Source of the DNA: Elusimicrobiota bacterium | Lineage (GTDB): Bacteria; Elusimicrobiota; Elusimicrobia; UBA1565; UBA9628 | Reading direction: 5' to 3' | DNA: 64,000 nucleotides | NCBI GenBank assembly: GCA_023249645.1 | Contig: JAHFCF010000008.1 | Span: 7,257-71,256, forward strand | Shown: positions 47,102 to 58,158 of the stretch, in pieces | How the letters are laid out: every line of letters begins with the position of its first letter | Position numbering within the stretch: the first letter of the stretch is position 1 | Program-made: the position numbers and the translations under genes | The notes under the pieces: generated by a model | Database searches by the model: none | The model's input: only the letters and a program-made list of their open reading frames with translations | What the model was told of the DNA's origin: nothing

Positions 47102-48066
47102 CGGGATTTCTCCGCCGTGGCGATCCGCTCGAAGATCGTGTCCGCGCCTTCCTCGTCGCGCATCTGGCGGCCGGTGAACTTGAGGAAGACGTCCTCGAGA
47201 GTGACGCGGCGCACCTCGACCTCGTCGAGGGCGGGGCAGAGGTCGAGGATGGCCTTCAGGCGCTTGGGCGCGTCGATGACCGTGAGCCGCAGGGCTGCGT
47301 CCTCGCGCACGATCTCCTTGACGAAGTCGAGTCGGGCGAAGGCCTCCGGGCTCACGGCGCCTTTCAAGACCACGATGTCGCCTCCGACCTTTCGCTTGAG
47401 ATCATCGGGAGAACCCATCTCGCGGATGCGGCCATGGTCGATGATGGCCACGCGGTCGGAGAGGTCGTCGGCCTCCTCCATGTAATGGGTCGACAGGATG
47501 ACGGTGGTGCCTGAGCGGTCTTTGAGGTTGCGGATGTAGCCCCAGACGGCCTGGCGGCTGGCCGGGTCGAGGCCCAGGGTCGGTTCGTCCAAAAAAAGGA
47601 TCTTCGGCTCGTGGATGAGCCCGCGCGCGATCTCGAGCCTGCGGCGCATGCCGCCGGAATAGGTGCGCACGAGGCTCTCAGCGCGGTCGCTCAAGCCCAC
47701 CAAGGTCAGAAGCCGCTCCATGCGCGGGGCGATCTCTTTTCTGGGCACGCCGTAGAGCAGCGAGTGCAGCTGCAGGTTCTCGCGGCCGCTGAGCAGATCG
47801 TCCACGCTGGGTTCCTGGAACACGATGCCGATCTTGCGGCGCACCTCGAGGCCCTCGCGGATGATGTCGTGGCCGGCCACTTGCGCCGAGCCCGAGGTGG
47901 GAGCGATCAGCGTGCAGAGCATGCTGATGAAGGTCGTCTTGCCGGCGCCGTTGGGGCCTAGAAGTGCGAAGACCTCGCCTTCCTCGATGGAGATGTCCAG
48001 GCTGTCCACGGCCGTGAGCGGCCCGAAGCGTTTGGTGAGTTTTTCAGTCAGGATGGCGGCAGGCAT
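47098..48066 (-). CDS. ABC exporter ATP-binding protein (DrrA-like)
   Basis: GPNGAGKT, YSGGMRRR, LDEPT. Confidence 0.93.
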   Translation of the reverse strand: MPAAILTEKLTKRFGPLTAVDSLDISIEEGEVFALLGPNGAGKTTFISMLCTLIAPTSGSAQVAGHDIIREGLEVRRKIGIVFQEPSVDDLLSGRENLQLHSLLYGVPRKEIAPRMERLLTLVGLSDRAESLVRTYSGGMRRRLEIARGLIHEPKILFLDEPTLGLDPASRQAVWGYIRNLKDRSGTTVILSTHYMEEADDLSDRVAIIDHGRIREMGSPDDLKRKVGGDIVVLKGAVSPEAFARLDFVKEIVREDAALRLTVIDAPKRLKAILDLCPALDEVEVRRVTLEDVFLKFTGRQMRDEEGADTIFERIATAEKSR

Positions 48067-48116
48067 CGGATACAGTAAAGCAATTTCCGCTCACAGGATG
48101 CTAAGAAGCAGCCAGC

Positions 48117-49157
48117 TCACGGCCCGAGGACGGATTGGGGACGCAGGAAGTGGCAGGTGTAGCCTTGAGGATGCTTCTGCAGATAGTCCTGATGTCCCTC
48201 TTCGGCCCGGTAGAACGGAGCGGCCCTCACGATCTGCGTGACGATGGGCGCTCCCCAATGCCCCTGCTGCGCCACGCGCGCTTTGACGGCCTCGGCGGTC
48301 TTGTGTTCATCGTCGGTATGATAAAAGATTGCCGAGCGGTACGAGGAACCGACGTCGTTGCCTTGGCGGTTGAGGGTGGTCGGATCGTGCATACGGAAGA
48401 ACCAGCCCAGCAGGTCCTCGAAGGAGAGCTTGTCGGGATCGAAGACGACCCGGACGGCCTCCGCGTGGCCGCTCACGCCGGAGTGCACCGCCTCATAGTT
48501 CGGTGAGAGGGTGAGACCGCCCGTGTATCCCGCCTCGGTGCTGAGCACGCCGGGGATCTTTCTTAAGAGTTCCTGCATGCCCCAGAAGCAGCCGCCCGCC
48601 AGCTCCACGGTCTCGCGGCGGCCTGCCTTGAAGAGCGTCCGGTAGCGGCCATAGCCCGCGGCCTCCAGTTTGCCGGCCGGGATGAAGCGCAAAGAGGCGC
48701 TGTTGATGCAGTAGCGCAGGCCGGTGGGGGCCGGACCGTCGTTGAAGACGTGGCCGAGGTGTGAGTCCGCGTGCTTGGAGCGCACCTCCACGCGTTCCAC
48801 GCCGAGAGAGCGATCGGATTTTTTGATCACGTTGTCCGGCTCGACGGGTTTGCTGAAGCTGGGCCAGCCGGTCCCTGAATCGAATTTGTCCGCGGAGGAG
48901 AAGAGGGGCTCGCCGCTGGCGATGTCCACGTAGAGGCCGGCTTCGTGGTTGTCCCAGTAGGCGTTGTGGAACGGCGGCTCGGTGGCCGCGTTGCAGACCA
49001 CGGCGAACTGCTCCGGCGTGAGGTGCTTTTTCAACTCTTGCTGGGAAGGCTTTTTGTATTCTGTCACGGGATCCTCCGGAGAGGACGGCGGGTCCTGCGC
49101 GCGGGCGCTCAAAGCCCCGAGCGTCGCTATCAGCAGGCCGATGATCGCCGTTCTCAT
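48117..49157 (-). CDS. msrAB: Exported bifunctional methionine sulfoxide reductase (MsrB-MsrA)
   Basis: Signal peptide; [11 protein letters not shown] and RYCINSASL (MsrB); GGCFWG and AEEGHQDY (MsrA). Confidence 0.93.
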   Translation of the reverse strand: MRTAIIGLLIATLGALSARAQDPPSSPEDPVTEYKKPSQQELKKHLTPEQFAVVCNAATEPPFHNAYWDNHEAGLYVDIASGEPLFSSADKFDSGTGWPSFSKPVEPDNVIKKSDRSLGVERVEVRSKHADSHLGHVFNDGPAPTGLRYCINSASLRFIPAGKLEAAGYGRYRTLFKAGRRETVELAGGCFWGMQELLRKIPGVLSTEAGYTGGLTLSPNYEAVHSGVSGHAEAVRVVFDPDKLSFEDLLGWFFRMHDPTTLNRQGNDVGSSYRSAIFYHTDDEHKTAEAVKARVAQQGHWGAPIVTQIVRAAPFYRAEEGHQDYLQKHPQGYTCHFLRPQSVLGP

Positions 49158-49164
49158 GCTTTGA

Positions 49165-49575
49165 TCACGCCGGAACCTGGAAGCGCTGGCGGACCTTCGC
49201 CGCGATCTGGCCATCGGTCATCTTGTCAGCGGTCTCGAGGCCGACGATGCTCTCGCCGAGCTTGCGGCTCTCCAGGAATTTTTTAAGCTCGAGCTTGGCC
49301 TCGCCGGGGCCGAAGATCAGCAGGGAGCGCGCATCGTGAAGGCGCTCGATCACCCGGTCGAAATATATCCCCAGATGTCCCGCGAAAGCCGCCTCGCGCG
49401 TGTCGTCTGCCGGCGCGTACTGCGTACCATAGGAGGGCGTGGAATTTAGGCCTCCCTGGCGGTGCGGCTGCTTCTCGACCTCGGATCGGATCTCCTCGAT
49501 GGATTCGCCCTTGTCCGAGAGGGTCACGACCACGGCCCGGCGATGGTCGATCCATACACCCATTCTCTTGGCCAT
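49165..49575 (-). CDS. eRF1-like/host-attachment family hypothetical protein
   Basis: [31 protein letters not shown]. Confidence 0.6.
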   Translation of the reverse strand: MAKRMGVWIDHRRAVVVTLSDKGESIEEIRSEVEKQPHRQGGLNSTPSYGTQYAPADDTREAAFAGHLGIYFDRVIERLHDARSLLIFGPGEAKLELKKFLESRKLGESIVGLETADKMTDGQIAAKVRQRFQVPA

Positions 49576-49626
49576 AGATTTCCCCTATTTGAGTCGGTTT
49601 CTTCCTTATAATATAGGGGAAACAGG

Positions 49627-51095
<1,469 letters not shown>

Positions 51096-51114
51096 GCGGT
51101 GCTCTTCCGGTGCC

Positions 51115-51462
51115 TCAGGAGTTTTTAGCCGGGTTGGCCCGATACATCAGGACATGCACGGTCTCTATGGTGACCAAGCCTTCCTGGATCATCTCGTTGA
51201 GCTTGGGGATGAGCGTCTTGATCTTGTCCTCCGTGTCCACGATCTCGATGAGGACGGGCAGATCGTAGGAAAGTTCCAGAAGCTTGGTCGTGTGGATATG
51301 CGCTCCACGGCCGAATCCAAGGAACCCCCGGAGGGTGGTTGCGCCGGCTATCCCAAGGGAGCGGGCCTGCTGGATGATGGCTTCGTAGAGAGGCAGGCCG
51401 TTCCATTTGTCCTGCTCCAGGATGAAGATGCGCAGGAGTTTCTGTTCGCCTTCCAGTTTCAT
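51115..51462 (-). CDS. DUF190 (PII-like) protein
   Basis: LLRIF, AGATTLRG..GFG, DLPVLIEIVD; follows crcB. Confidence 0.9.
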   Translation of the reverse strand: MKLEGEQKLLRIFILEQDKWNGLPLYEAIIQQARSLGIAGATTLRGFLGFGRGAHIHTTKLLELSYDLPVLIEIVDTEDKIKTLIPKLNEMIQEGLVTIETVHVLMYRANPAKNS

Positions 51463-51472
51463 GTCGTCCTCC

Positions 51473-51847
51473 TCAGATGATCGCCCCGATATAAGTCCCT
51501 AGGCGATACAAGATGAATCCCGCAATGGCGCTGCCAAAAACATTGAGCAGGGCGCGCATAATTTCGCCGTCATTGAGCAGGTTCGAGGTCTCCAGGATCC
51601 AGGTCGAGAATGTGGAATAGGCGCCGCAAAAGCCGGTCATCAGAAAGAGCCGCGCCTGCGGTCCCAGCAGGGAACGAACTTCCTCCATGCTGTTGAAGAT
51701 GCCGAGCAAAAGGCACGCGGAGAGGTTGATGAGCAAGGTTCCATACGGGAAATCGGTACCGGCGAATCCGGGGACCCATCGGGCCACGATGTAGCGCAGA
51801 AAAGTGCCCGCGATGCCTCCTCCGGCAAGAAGGACCCATTTATTCAT
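51473..51847 (-). CDS. crcB: Fluoride channel Fluc/CrcB
   Basis: GG..G..LRY, FPYGTL, TGFCGAYSTFST; start at MNKW. Confidence 0.93.
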   Translation of the reverse strand: MNKWVLLAGGGIAGTFLRYIVARWVPGFAGTDFPYGTLLINLSACLLLGIFNSMEEVRSLLGPQARLFLMTGFCGAYSTFSTWILETSNLLNDGEIMRALLNVFGSAIAGFILYRLGTYIGAII

Positions 51848-52015
51848 GATCGCGGAGTGTGTCGTATGGACAACAATACAAGGAAAAAGGCCGGCTTGCA
51901 AGAGAGGCGCTGGAATCCCGATGGGAGTTGTCATCTTCTCGATCCAAATTATCCATAATGTCATGATGGCGGAGCGACGATGCAGGCTTCCTGTGCGGAA
52001 TGTTGAGGCGCACCG

Positions 52016-52756
52016 ATGAATCGACGCGCATCCGTGGTCCTGGTCCGGCTCGTTTTCGCCGCGTCTTTGCTTGGCGCCGCCGGCGGGGCCGGCGCTGAGG
52101 AGACCGCGTCCCGGGCGTGGAAGGACGTCGCCGAGCTTGGCTTCACGAACACCACCGGCAACAGCCGGGTCGCCACGTTCGAGGCGGACAATCTTTTCAG
52201 CTATGCCTGGAAACGCACGGGCCTGGAGCTCAAGGGGGGTGCCCTGACTTCCAAGGAACATGGCAAGACCGCGGACGAGGAGTATAACGCGAGCGAGAAG
52301 GTCACGCGGGAACTCGCCGGGAAGCTTTACGGATACGAGAGGTTCGGTTGGGATCGGAATCGTTTTTCCGGGATCCGCGACCGCTATAATTCTTTCCTAG
52401 GCGCCGGGGAGGAGCTGTGGAGCGCGCCGAAGGACAGCCTCGTCGGGGAAGCCGGCGCCGGCTATATCAGCGAAGAAAGGCCGGACAAGACTGACGCCTT
52501 CGCGTCCGGGAGACTCTACGTGAAATGTGTCCATGCGCTGAGCAAGACGGCCAGCGTTTTCCAGGACGCGGAGTACCTGTACAATTTCCAGGACGCCGCG
52601 GACTATCGGCTCAACACCGAGACGGCCCTTCTGGCCTCGATCTCCACCAACGTCGCGCTGAAGGCTTCCTACAAATGGAAGAGGGTCGAGAAGCCCGCCC
52701 CCGGCTTTATCAAGGACGATACGATCACGACCATGGCGCTGGTCGTCAATTATTGA
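52016..52756 (+). CDS. DUF481 (YdiY-like) outer-membrane beta-barrel
   Basis: Signal peptide; ELG...TGNS, RNRFSGI; alternating strands; C-terminal Y. Confidence 0.8.
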   Translation: MNRRASVVLVRLVFAASLLGAAGGAGAEETASRAWKDVAELGFTNTTGNSRVATFEADNLFSYAWKRTGLELKGGALTSKEHGKTADEEYNASEKVTRELAGKLYGYERFGWDRNRFSGIRDRYNSFLGAGEELWSAPKDSLVGEAGAGYISEERPDKTDAFASGRLYVKCVHALSKTASVFQDAEYLYNFQDAADYRLNTETALLASISTNVALKASYKWKRVEKPAPGFIKDDTITTMALVVNY

Positions 52757-53206
52757 TATTCAGCGGGCTTTCCAGTCCGCGTGTCAGGCTTGTTTCTTGA
52801 TCGAGAGACGGACATGCGCCTTGCTGGCGCCGGTCTCATCGGCCACCTTGTCTATCAATTCTGTCGCGCTCAAGCCTCGGCCGATGGAATGGCCGTATTG
52901 GTTGTGGGCGCGCCAGAATTTCATGCTCGCCTGTATCGCTTTCTGATTCTCTTTTGTCCGATCAAGGCCGGCGGACTGGTTCATGCCTCAGTGTATCATT
53001 TCACGAGGCGCGGCGGGGTCTTTGAAAAAAACTGGCGGGCCAGTCTGTGCAATAGATAAAACTCATCGCGTGGCCTTCTCATGGGCGGATTAAAATAATC
53101 CATTCGTGTCGTTGTTGGGCAAACGCCCGCAGAAAGGGTACAATTAAAATTGTCAACAGGTTCTATCCGGCAAGATGTTCCAGATGGAGCCGCAGTGGAG
53201 GAAAGG

Positions 53207-54619
53207 ATGTTGAAGAAGATGCTATGGCCGTTGGCGTCGCTGGTCTTTCTCGCCGGCTGCGCGTCCGGCCCGATAACGGCGGGCTTGCCCGGCCATCAGG
53301 CCGAAGTCGGGCCCCAGCCAACGCTCGAACGCTCCGCCGCTTCGGAGCCGGGGTTCTGCGTCGTCTCGGTGCAGTCGATGTGGCCCTCCCAAAGGTTCTT
53401 TCATTACGAGGCGTTCGCCGCCAACGCGTCCTTCCGAGATATCCGGCTGCTCACCGACAACCACCCCGGCCCGCAGGGCTGCGACGTCCTGCTCAAGCTC
53501 TTCACGCCCGGCCGAACCGCCTGGTCCACCCACAGGGTCGAGGCCTACTCCGCGTACACGCGCGAATTGGTGTGGGAAGGCTCCGCGCCGGGACAGACGA
53601 ACGCCATGGGTTACATGCGACTGGCGCCCGTCCTGCAGCGGGCCTTCCAGCCCGGTCAGCCGGCGTATGAGAGGATCGCGGCGGACAAGAAGGCCGGCCA
53701 CGCGCCCACCGTCGACGACGTCGAGCATTCCTTCGGCGGCCTCACGCCCGAGGCCGGCGAGTACGGTCTGGGCGCGTTCCCGAACGTCCGCGTCGGGGCT
53801 CGTCCCCAGGAGACGCCCGTCGCGGCCGCCGTGCCGGTCCACGCGCCGGCCCTGGCTCCGGCCCCGGAGTCCCCGCCGACGACCTCCGACGTCGACGAGC
53901 CTCCGGCGGCCTCCGGCCTCAAGCGCGGCCACGCGGTCATCGTGGGCGTCGAGCGGTACCGCGGCAATCTGCCCAAGGCGGACTACGCCGTGTCCGACGC
54001 CAAGACGATGGCGCGCTACGCCCACGCCGTCCTTGGCTATCCTGAGGAGAACATCGCGCTGCTGACCGGCGAGACCGCTACGCGCAGCGATCTGGTCAAG
54101 TACCTCGAGAAGTGGCTGGCCAACCGCGTGGAGAAGGACGACGAGGTCTTCGTGTATTTCTCCGGTCATGGCGCGCCCGATGTCAAGACCGGCGACGCGT
54201 ATCTGGTCCCCTACGACGGCGACCCAGCCTACCTCGAGGAGACCGGCTACTCCGTCAAGAAGCTCTACGCGGCGCTGGCCGCGCTGCCGGCCAGGAAGGT
54301 CACGGCGGTGCTGGACTCGTGCTTCTCCGGCGCGGGCGGGCGCTCGGTCATCGCCAAGGGCGCGCGTCCGCTGGTCACCGTGAAGGCCGCCGACGCGCCT
54401 GCGGGCGTGACGGTCATCGCCGCCGCGGGCGCCGGCCAGGTCTCCAACACCTACGACGAGAAGGGCCACGGTCTGTTCACCTACTTCCTTCTCAAGGGTA
54501 TGAAGGAGCGCGGCTCGGACCTCAAGCTCGTCTTCGACTATCTCAAGCCCGAGGTCGCCAGAGTGGCGCGGCGCGAGTACAACGCCGACCAGGAGCCGCA
54601 GTGGAGGGAGGGGCGCTGA
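53207..54619 (+). CDS. Lipoprotein with C-terminal caspase (C14) domain
   Basis: Lipobox LAGC; YFSGHG, DSCFSG; C-terminus like the two copies at 29941-32881. Confidence 0.88.
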   Translation: MLKKMLWPLASLVFLAGCASGPITAGLPGHQAEVGPQPTLERSAASEPGFCVVSVQSMWPSQRFFHYEAFAANASFRDIRLLTDNHPGPQGCDVLLKLFTPGRTAWSTHRVEAYSAYTRELVWEGSAPGQTNAMGYMRLAPVLQRAFQPGQPAYERIAADKKAGHAPTVDDVEHSFGGLTPEAGEYGLGAFPNVRVGARPQETPVAAAVPVHAPALAPAPESPPTTSDVDEPPAASGLKRGHAVIVGVERYRGNLPKADYAVSDAKTMARYAHAVLGYPEENIALLTGETATRSDLVKYLEKWLANRVEKDDEVFVYFSGHGAPDVKTGDAYLVPYDGDPAYLEETGYSVKKLYAALAALPARKVTAVLDSCFSGAGGRSVIAKGARPLVTVKAADAPAGVTVIAAAGAGQVSNTYDEKGHGLFTYFLLKGMKERGSDLKLVFDYLKPEVARVARREYNADQEPQWREGR

Positions 54620-54653
54620 GATGCGGCTCGCGCCGGGTTGGCTCTTACAAAAC

Positions 54654-54732
54654 TGGCGGGGTCGACGGGATTTGAACCCGCGGTCTCCGCCTTGACAGGG
54701 CGGCGTGTTAAACCAGGCTACACCACGACCCC
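54654..54732 (-). tRNA. tRNA-Asp (GTC)
   Basis: GGGGTCG acceptor stem, anticodon loop CTGTCAA, GGTTCAAATCC, encoded CCA. Confidence 0.95.
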
Positions 54733-54778
54733 AAAATCGAGGATTCACTATACCAAATTGCGGGGGCGAGAAAAAACG

Positions 54779-54850
54779 TGGGCCGTGTAGGATTCGAACC
54801 TACGACCTACCGCGTGTAAGGCGGCCGCTCTACCGCTGAGCTAACGGCCC
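54779..54850 (-). tRNA. tRNA-Val (TAC)
   Basis: GGGCCGT acceptor stem, TAGCTCAGCGGTAGAGC, CTTACAC loop, GGTTCGAATCC; CCA not encoded. Confidence 0.93.
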
Positions 54851-54924
54851 ATCTGCGCTCTACACATAGCACTTAACACATTTTCCAATATACGTGCTAG
54901 TGCCTGAAGGCTGCCGCCTTCAGG

Positions 54925-54942
54925 CCGCTGAGCTAACGGCCC
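54925..54942 (-). repeat. 18-bp duplicate of the tRNA-Val 5' end
   Basis: CCGCTGAGCTAACGGCCC is identical to 54833-54850. Confidence 0.85.
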
Positions 54943-54959
54943 GATGATGCGGTATATTA

Positions 54960-55595
54960 CTACACTTTGGGACTGAGGAAGCGCCCGCCGAGCAGATAGT
55001 AGAGCATCTTGATCGGCTCCAACAAAGCCTCGCACACGAGGTCTCGGCGCGACCACCACCGCCGGGAGGATGCCTCATCGGGCGCCGCGCAGGCGAGAAT
55101 CTCGGCTTCAGGCAGGGTATGGCGAAAGATCCATTTAGATCGACGGGCATGGTAGCGCGATGTGACGACCAGGATGGTTTTCCCGTGCAGGTCTACGGCG
55201 CGCCGCAGGGCCAGCGCCTCGTTGGCCGTGCTCAGCACGGAGTCTCCGTAGAGATGGATCCGGGCCGCGGGGACGCCCAGGCGCCGGAGGACGGCTTGGT
55301 TGATCTCCTCTTCCGCGGGGATCGGCACGCCGAGGGCCGCGGCCTTGAGCTCGGCCGGGTTGCGGAGAGGCCGGGAGATCCATATCTCCGGCGCCCAGCC
55401 CTGCCGGAAGAGCTCCGCTCCATAGAACGGCCGTTCATAGCCGCCGGCCAAGACGACGATCATGTCCGCTTTCTGCGGCTGGTCGGAGAAATCGATGAAC
55501 CATCCGATGCTCCAGGCCGCTGTCATGGCCATGACAGCGGCCAGCAGGACCAGGACGATGGCCCATCGGATCGTCCGCAGGATTCTTGAGAGCAT
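54960..55595 (-). CDS. YdcF/DUF218 family protein
   Basis: N-terminal TM; ADMIVVLAG, STANEA, VTSRYHARR. Confidence 0.85.
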   Translation of the reverse strand: MLSRILRTIRWAIVLVLLAAVMAMTAAWSIGWFIDFSDQPQKADMIVVLAGGYERPFYGAELFRQGWAPEIWISRPLRNPAELKAAALGVPIPAEEEINQAVLRRLGVPAARIHLYGDSVLSTANEALALRRAVDLHGKTILVVTSRYHARRSKWIFRHTLPEAEILACAAPDEASSRRWWSRRDLVCEALLEPIKMLYYLLGGRFLSPKV

Positions 55596-55727
55596 GGCGC
55601 TGTATTATGCCATTTCAAAACAGATGGAAAGAATGTTTTTCGTGGTATAATGTCCCTAGGGTGACGTCAGCCCTTGCCGCGCAGTCAGCGGGCATACAAC
55701 GCATCAGTTAAGGAGAAGTTACCAGAC

Positions 55728-55931
55728 ATGCCTACAGGAAAAGTGAAGTGGTTCAATGATCAGAAGGGTTACGGGTTCATCACCCCAGACGATGGCTCCA
55801 AGGATCTCTTCGTGCATCACTCGGCGATCTTAGGGGAGGGTTTCAAGACCCTGGCGGAGAATCAGGCCGTTGAGTTCGAAATCCAGGAGTCCGACAAGGG
55901 CCCCCGCGCCGCGAACGTCAAGAAACTCTAA
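55728..55931 (+). CDS. Cold-shock protein
   Basis: [32 protein letters not shown]. Confidence 0.95.
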   Translation: MPTGKVKWFNDQKGYGFITPDDGSKDLFVHHSAILGEGFKTLAENQAVEFEIQESDKGPRAANVKKL

Positions 55932-55954
55932 ACCTCAGGAAAGTCGTCGATCAA

Positions 55955-55981
55955 GGAAGCCCGCCCGCAAGGCGGGCTTCC
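55955..55981 (+). terminator. Hairpin after csp
   Basis: GGAAGCCCGCC-CGCAA-GGCGGGCTTCC followed by a short T run. Confidence 0.65.
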
Positions 55982-56016
55982 CGCTTTATGGGGTGATTTA
56001 GTAGGATGGAGCGGCC

Positions 56017-58158
56017 ATGCGCAAGCGAGTCGTCATCGAAGGCATCTTGGGCGCCGTCGCCACGGCCGTCATCCTGGCCGCTTATGTCCTGCGCCTGGCG
56101 GCCTTCGAGGGCGCGGAGCTCAAGTTCTACGACCTGCGCTCCAAGCTGCGCCAGAACCTCACGGCCGCCGAGGAGGTCGTCCTCGTCGCCGTGGACGAGA
56201 AATCCATCGCCCAGGCCGGACGCTGGCCCTGGCCGCGCTCGCGCCTGGCGGCCATGGTCGAGAAGCTTTCCGCCTCCGGGGCGAAGGTCATCGGCTTGGA
56301 GACGCGCCTGGACCGCGAAGAGCCCAACGCGGGCTTGGCCGAGGTCCGGCGCCTGAAGGGCCTCTACGAGGAGCTCCTCAAGGCCAAGGCCCTGCGGGAC
56401 CGCAAGAACGTCTTCGGCTTGGAGTTCTCCTCCGCCATCGCGCAGGTCGACTCGGACGCCAAGCTCGAGACCGCCATGCGCCAGGCCGCCAACGTGGTCC
56501 TGCCCGTGCCGTTTTTGCACGGAGCGCTGCGCGGCGCGCCGGCCGAGGACCTGGCCGCCGTCTCCAGCTTCACCGTCGCTGCCCAAGGCGCGGCCCTGCC
56601 CGAAGACCGCGCGGCCGCGCTGCCGATCGCCCGGTTCTCTCTGGCCGCCGCCGGCATCGGCCACATGCTCCGCGAGCCGGATTTCGACGGCGTCATCCGG
56701 CGCGAGAGGCCGGTGTGCCGCTGGGGGGAGCTCTATCTTCCCTCCTACGCCCTCGAACTCGTCCTGGCGTACGAGGGTCTGAAGCCCTCCCAGGCGGTCT
56801 ACACCCCGGGCGTGGAGGTGCGGGCGGGAGCTTTCCGGATCCCGCTCGATGACACGGACCGCTGGCTGGTCACCTACAACGGCCCGGAACAGACCATCCA
56901 GACTTTTTCCTTCGAGGATGTGATCAACGGCAAGACGCCCCCCGATGCCTTCAAGGGGAAGATCGTCATCGTGGGGCTCACGGCCCCTGAGTCCGTCGCG
57001 CCTCTGGCGACGCCGCTGGGCCCGCTGCCTCCCATCGAGGCGACCGCCAGCGCCGTGGAGAACATCCTGCACCATCGCTTCCTGACGCGGCCGTCCTGGG
57101 CCGGCGCCGTGGAGCTGGCACTGGCGGTCTTGTGCGGCCTTTTCGCCGTGTTCGCCCTGCCGCGCTTGAGGCTCCTGCCGGCTCTTGTTTTCGCGCTGGC
57201 CCTGACCGCGGCCTTGGCCGCCGGGGGCTCCGTCCTCTTCGTCAACGGGCATTGGGTCAGGGTCGCCTACTCCGTTATGCTCCTGGCCTTGGCTTATGTG
57301 CTGCTCATCGCCCATCGCCTGGCCGAGGCCGCGCACGGCGTCGATGCGAAGGGGCCGCGCAAGCCGGGTTTCGGTTCCTATGAGATCGAGCGCGAGCTGG
57401 GGCGGGGGCCGCGGAGCACCGCCTATCTGGGACGCGACCCCCGCAGCGGGGGCCGGGCGATCCTCGAGGTCTGGACACAGCCGCCCGCGCCGGACGAGGA
57501 GGCCCGCAAGCTGGAAAACCGATTTTTGCGGGAGGCCACGGCCGCTCGCGGGCTCAAGCATCCCTCCCTGGTGCATGTCACTGAGGCCGGCGAGCGGGAC
57601 GGGCGGGCCTATGCCGCCGTGGAGCTCGTCGAGGGGCACGACTTTTCGCGGCATGCGTCGAAGACCGGCCTTCTGCCTTTGCTTCAAGCCGTGGAATCCG
57701 CTGCTCTCGCGGCCGAGGCCCTGGACGAGGCCCATGCCCGCGGCGTCGTGCACGGAGACTTGAAGCCCGCCAGCCTCATCCGGCTCAAGGACGGGGGGTT
57801 GCGCCTGGCCGGCTTCGGGCTGGCCTGCCTCTCGGACCCTGCGGCGGCGGCCCCCTACATGAGTCCTGAAGCGGCGGCCGGAAAACCCATGGATGGGCGA
57901 TCGGATCTCTACTCTCTCGCCGCGGTCCTCTACCAGCTTTTGACCGGCGAGCCGCCCTTCGCCGGCACCGGGGAGATCTCGGAGCTCCTTTTCCGCATCG
58001 CCAATGAGCCGGCCCCGGATCCCAGGGTCGTGAGGCCGGATCTGCCTCTGGGATTCACGCCGATCTTGGCCAAGGCCCTGGCCAAGAAGCCTCAGGACCG
58101 CTACGCGCGCGGCGCGGCCCTGGCCGCGGACCTGCGCGCCGCGGCGAGGATGGCGTGA
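56017..58158 (+). CDS. CHASE2 sensor with degenerate Ser/Thr kinase domain
   Basis: GRWPWPR, DFDGVIR, KGKIVIVG, 3 TM segments; kinase-like C-terminus HGDLKP, YMSPE, DLYSL. Confidence 0.85.
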   Translation: MRKRVVIEGILGAVATAVILAAYVLRLAAFEGAELKFYDLRSKLRQNLTAAEEVVLVAVDEKSIAQAGRWPWPRSRLAAMVEKLSASGAKVIGLETRLDREEPNAGLAEVRRLKGLYEELLKAKALRDRKNVFGLEFSSAIAQVDSDAKLETAMRQAANVVLPVPFLHGALRGAPAEDLAAVSSFTVAAQGAALPEDRAAALPIARFSLAAAGIGHMLREPDFDGVIRRERPVCRWGELYLPSYALELVLAYEGLKPSQAVYTPGVEVRAGAFRIPLDDTDRWLVTYNGPEQTIQTFSFEDVINGKTPPDAFKGKIVIVGLTAPESVAPLATPLGPLPPIEATASAVENILHHRFLTRPSWAGAVELALAVLCGLFAVFALPRLRLLPALVFALALTAALAAGGSVLFVNGHWVRVAYSVMLLALAYVLLIAHRLAEAAHGVDAKGPRKPGFGSYEIERELGRGPRSTAYLGRDPRSGGRAILEVWTQPPAPDEEARKLENRFLREATAARGLKHPSLVHVTEAGERDGRAYAAVELVEGHDFSRHASKTGLLPLLQAVESAALAAEALDEAHARGVVHGDLKPASLIRLKDGGLRLAGFGLACLSDPAAAAPYMSPEAAAGKPMDGRSDLYSLAAVLYQLLTGEPPFAGTGEISELLFRIANEPAPDPRVVRPDLPLGFTPILAKALAKKPQDRYARGAALAADLRAAARMA

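Noticed and set aside
51848..52015. Canonical fluoride riboswitch
   Set aside because: Consensus P1 and pseudoknot sequences were not found by eye; kept only as a speculative finding.
52781..53059. Small ORFs between the DUF481 and caspase genes
   Set aside because: No recognisable motifs or clear RBS; cannot be supported.
53222..54748. 508-aa minus-strand ORF
   Set aside because: Antisense to the caspase gene and runs through tRNA-Asp.
54654..54942. Prophage or integrative element at the tRNAs
   Set aside because: No integrase, phage genes or distal tRNA 3'-end repeat seen in the window.
55951..57753. 600-aa minus-strand ORF
   Set aside because: Antisense shadow of the CHASE2 gene.
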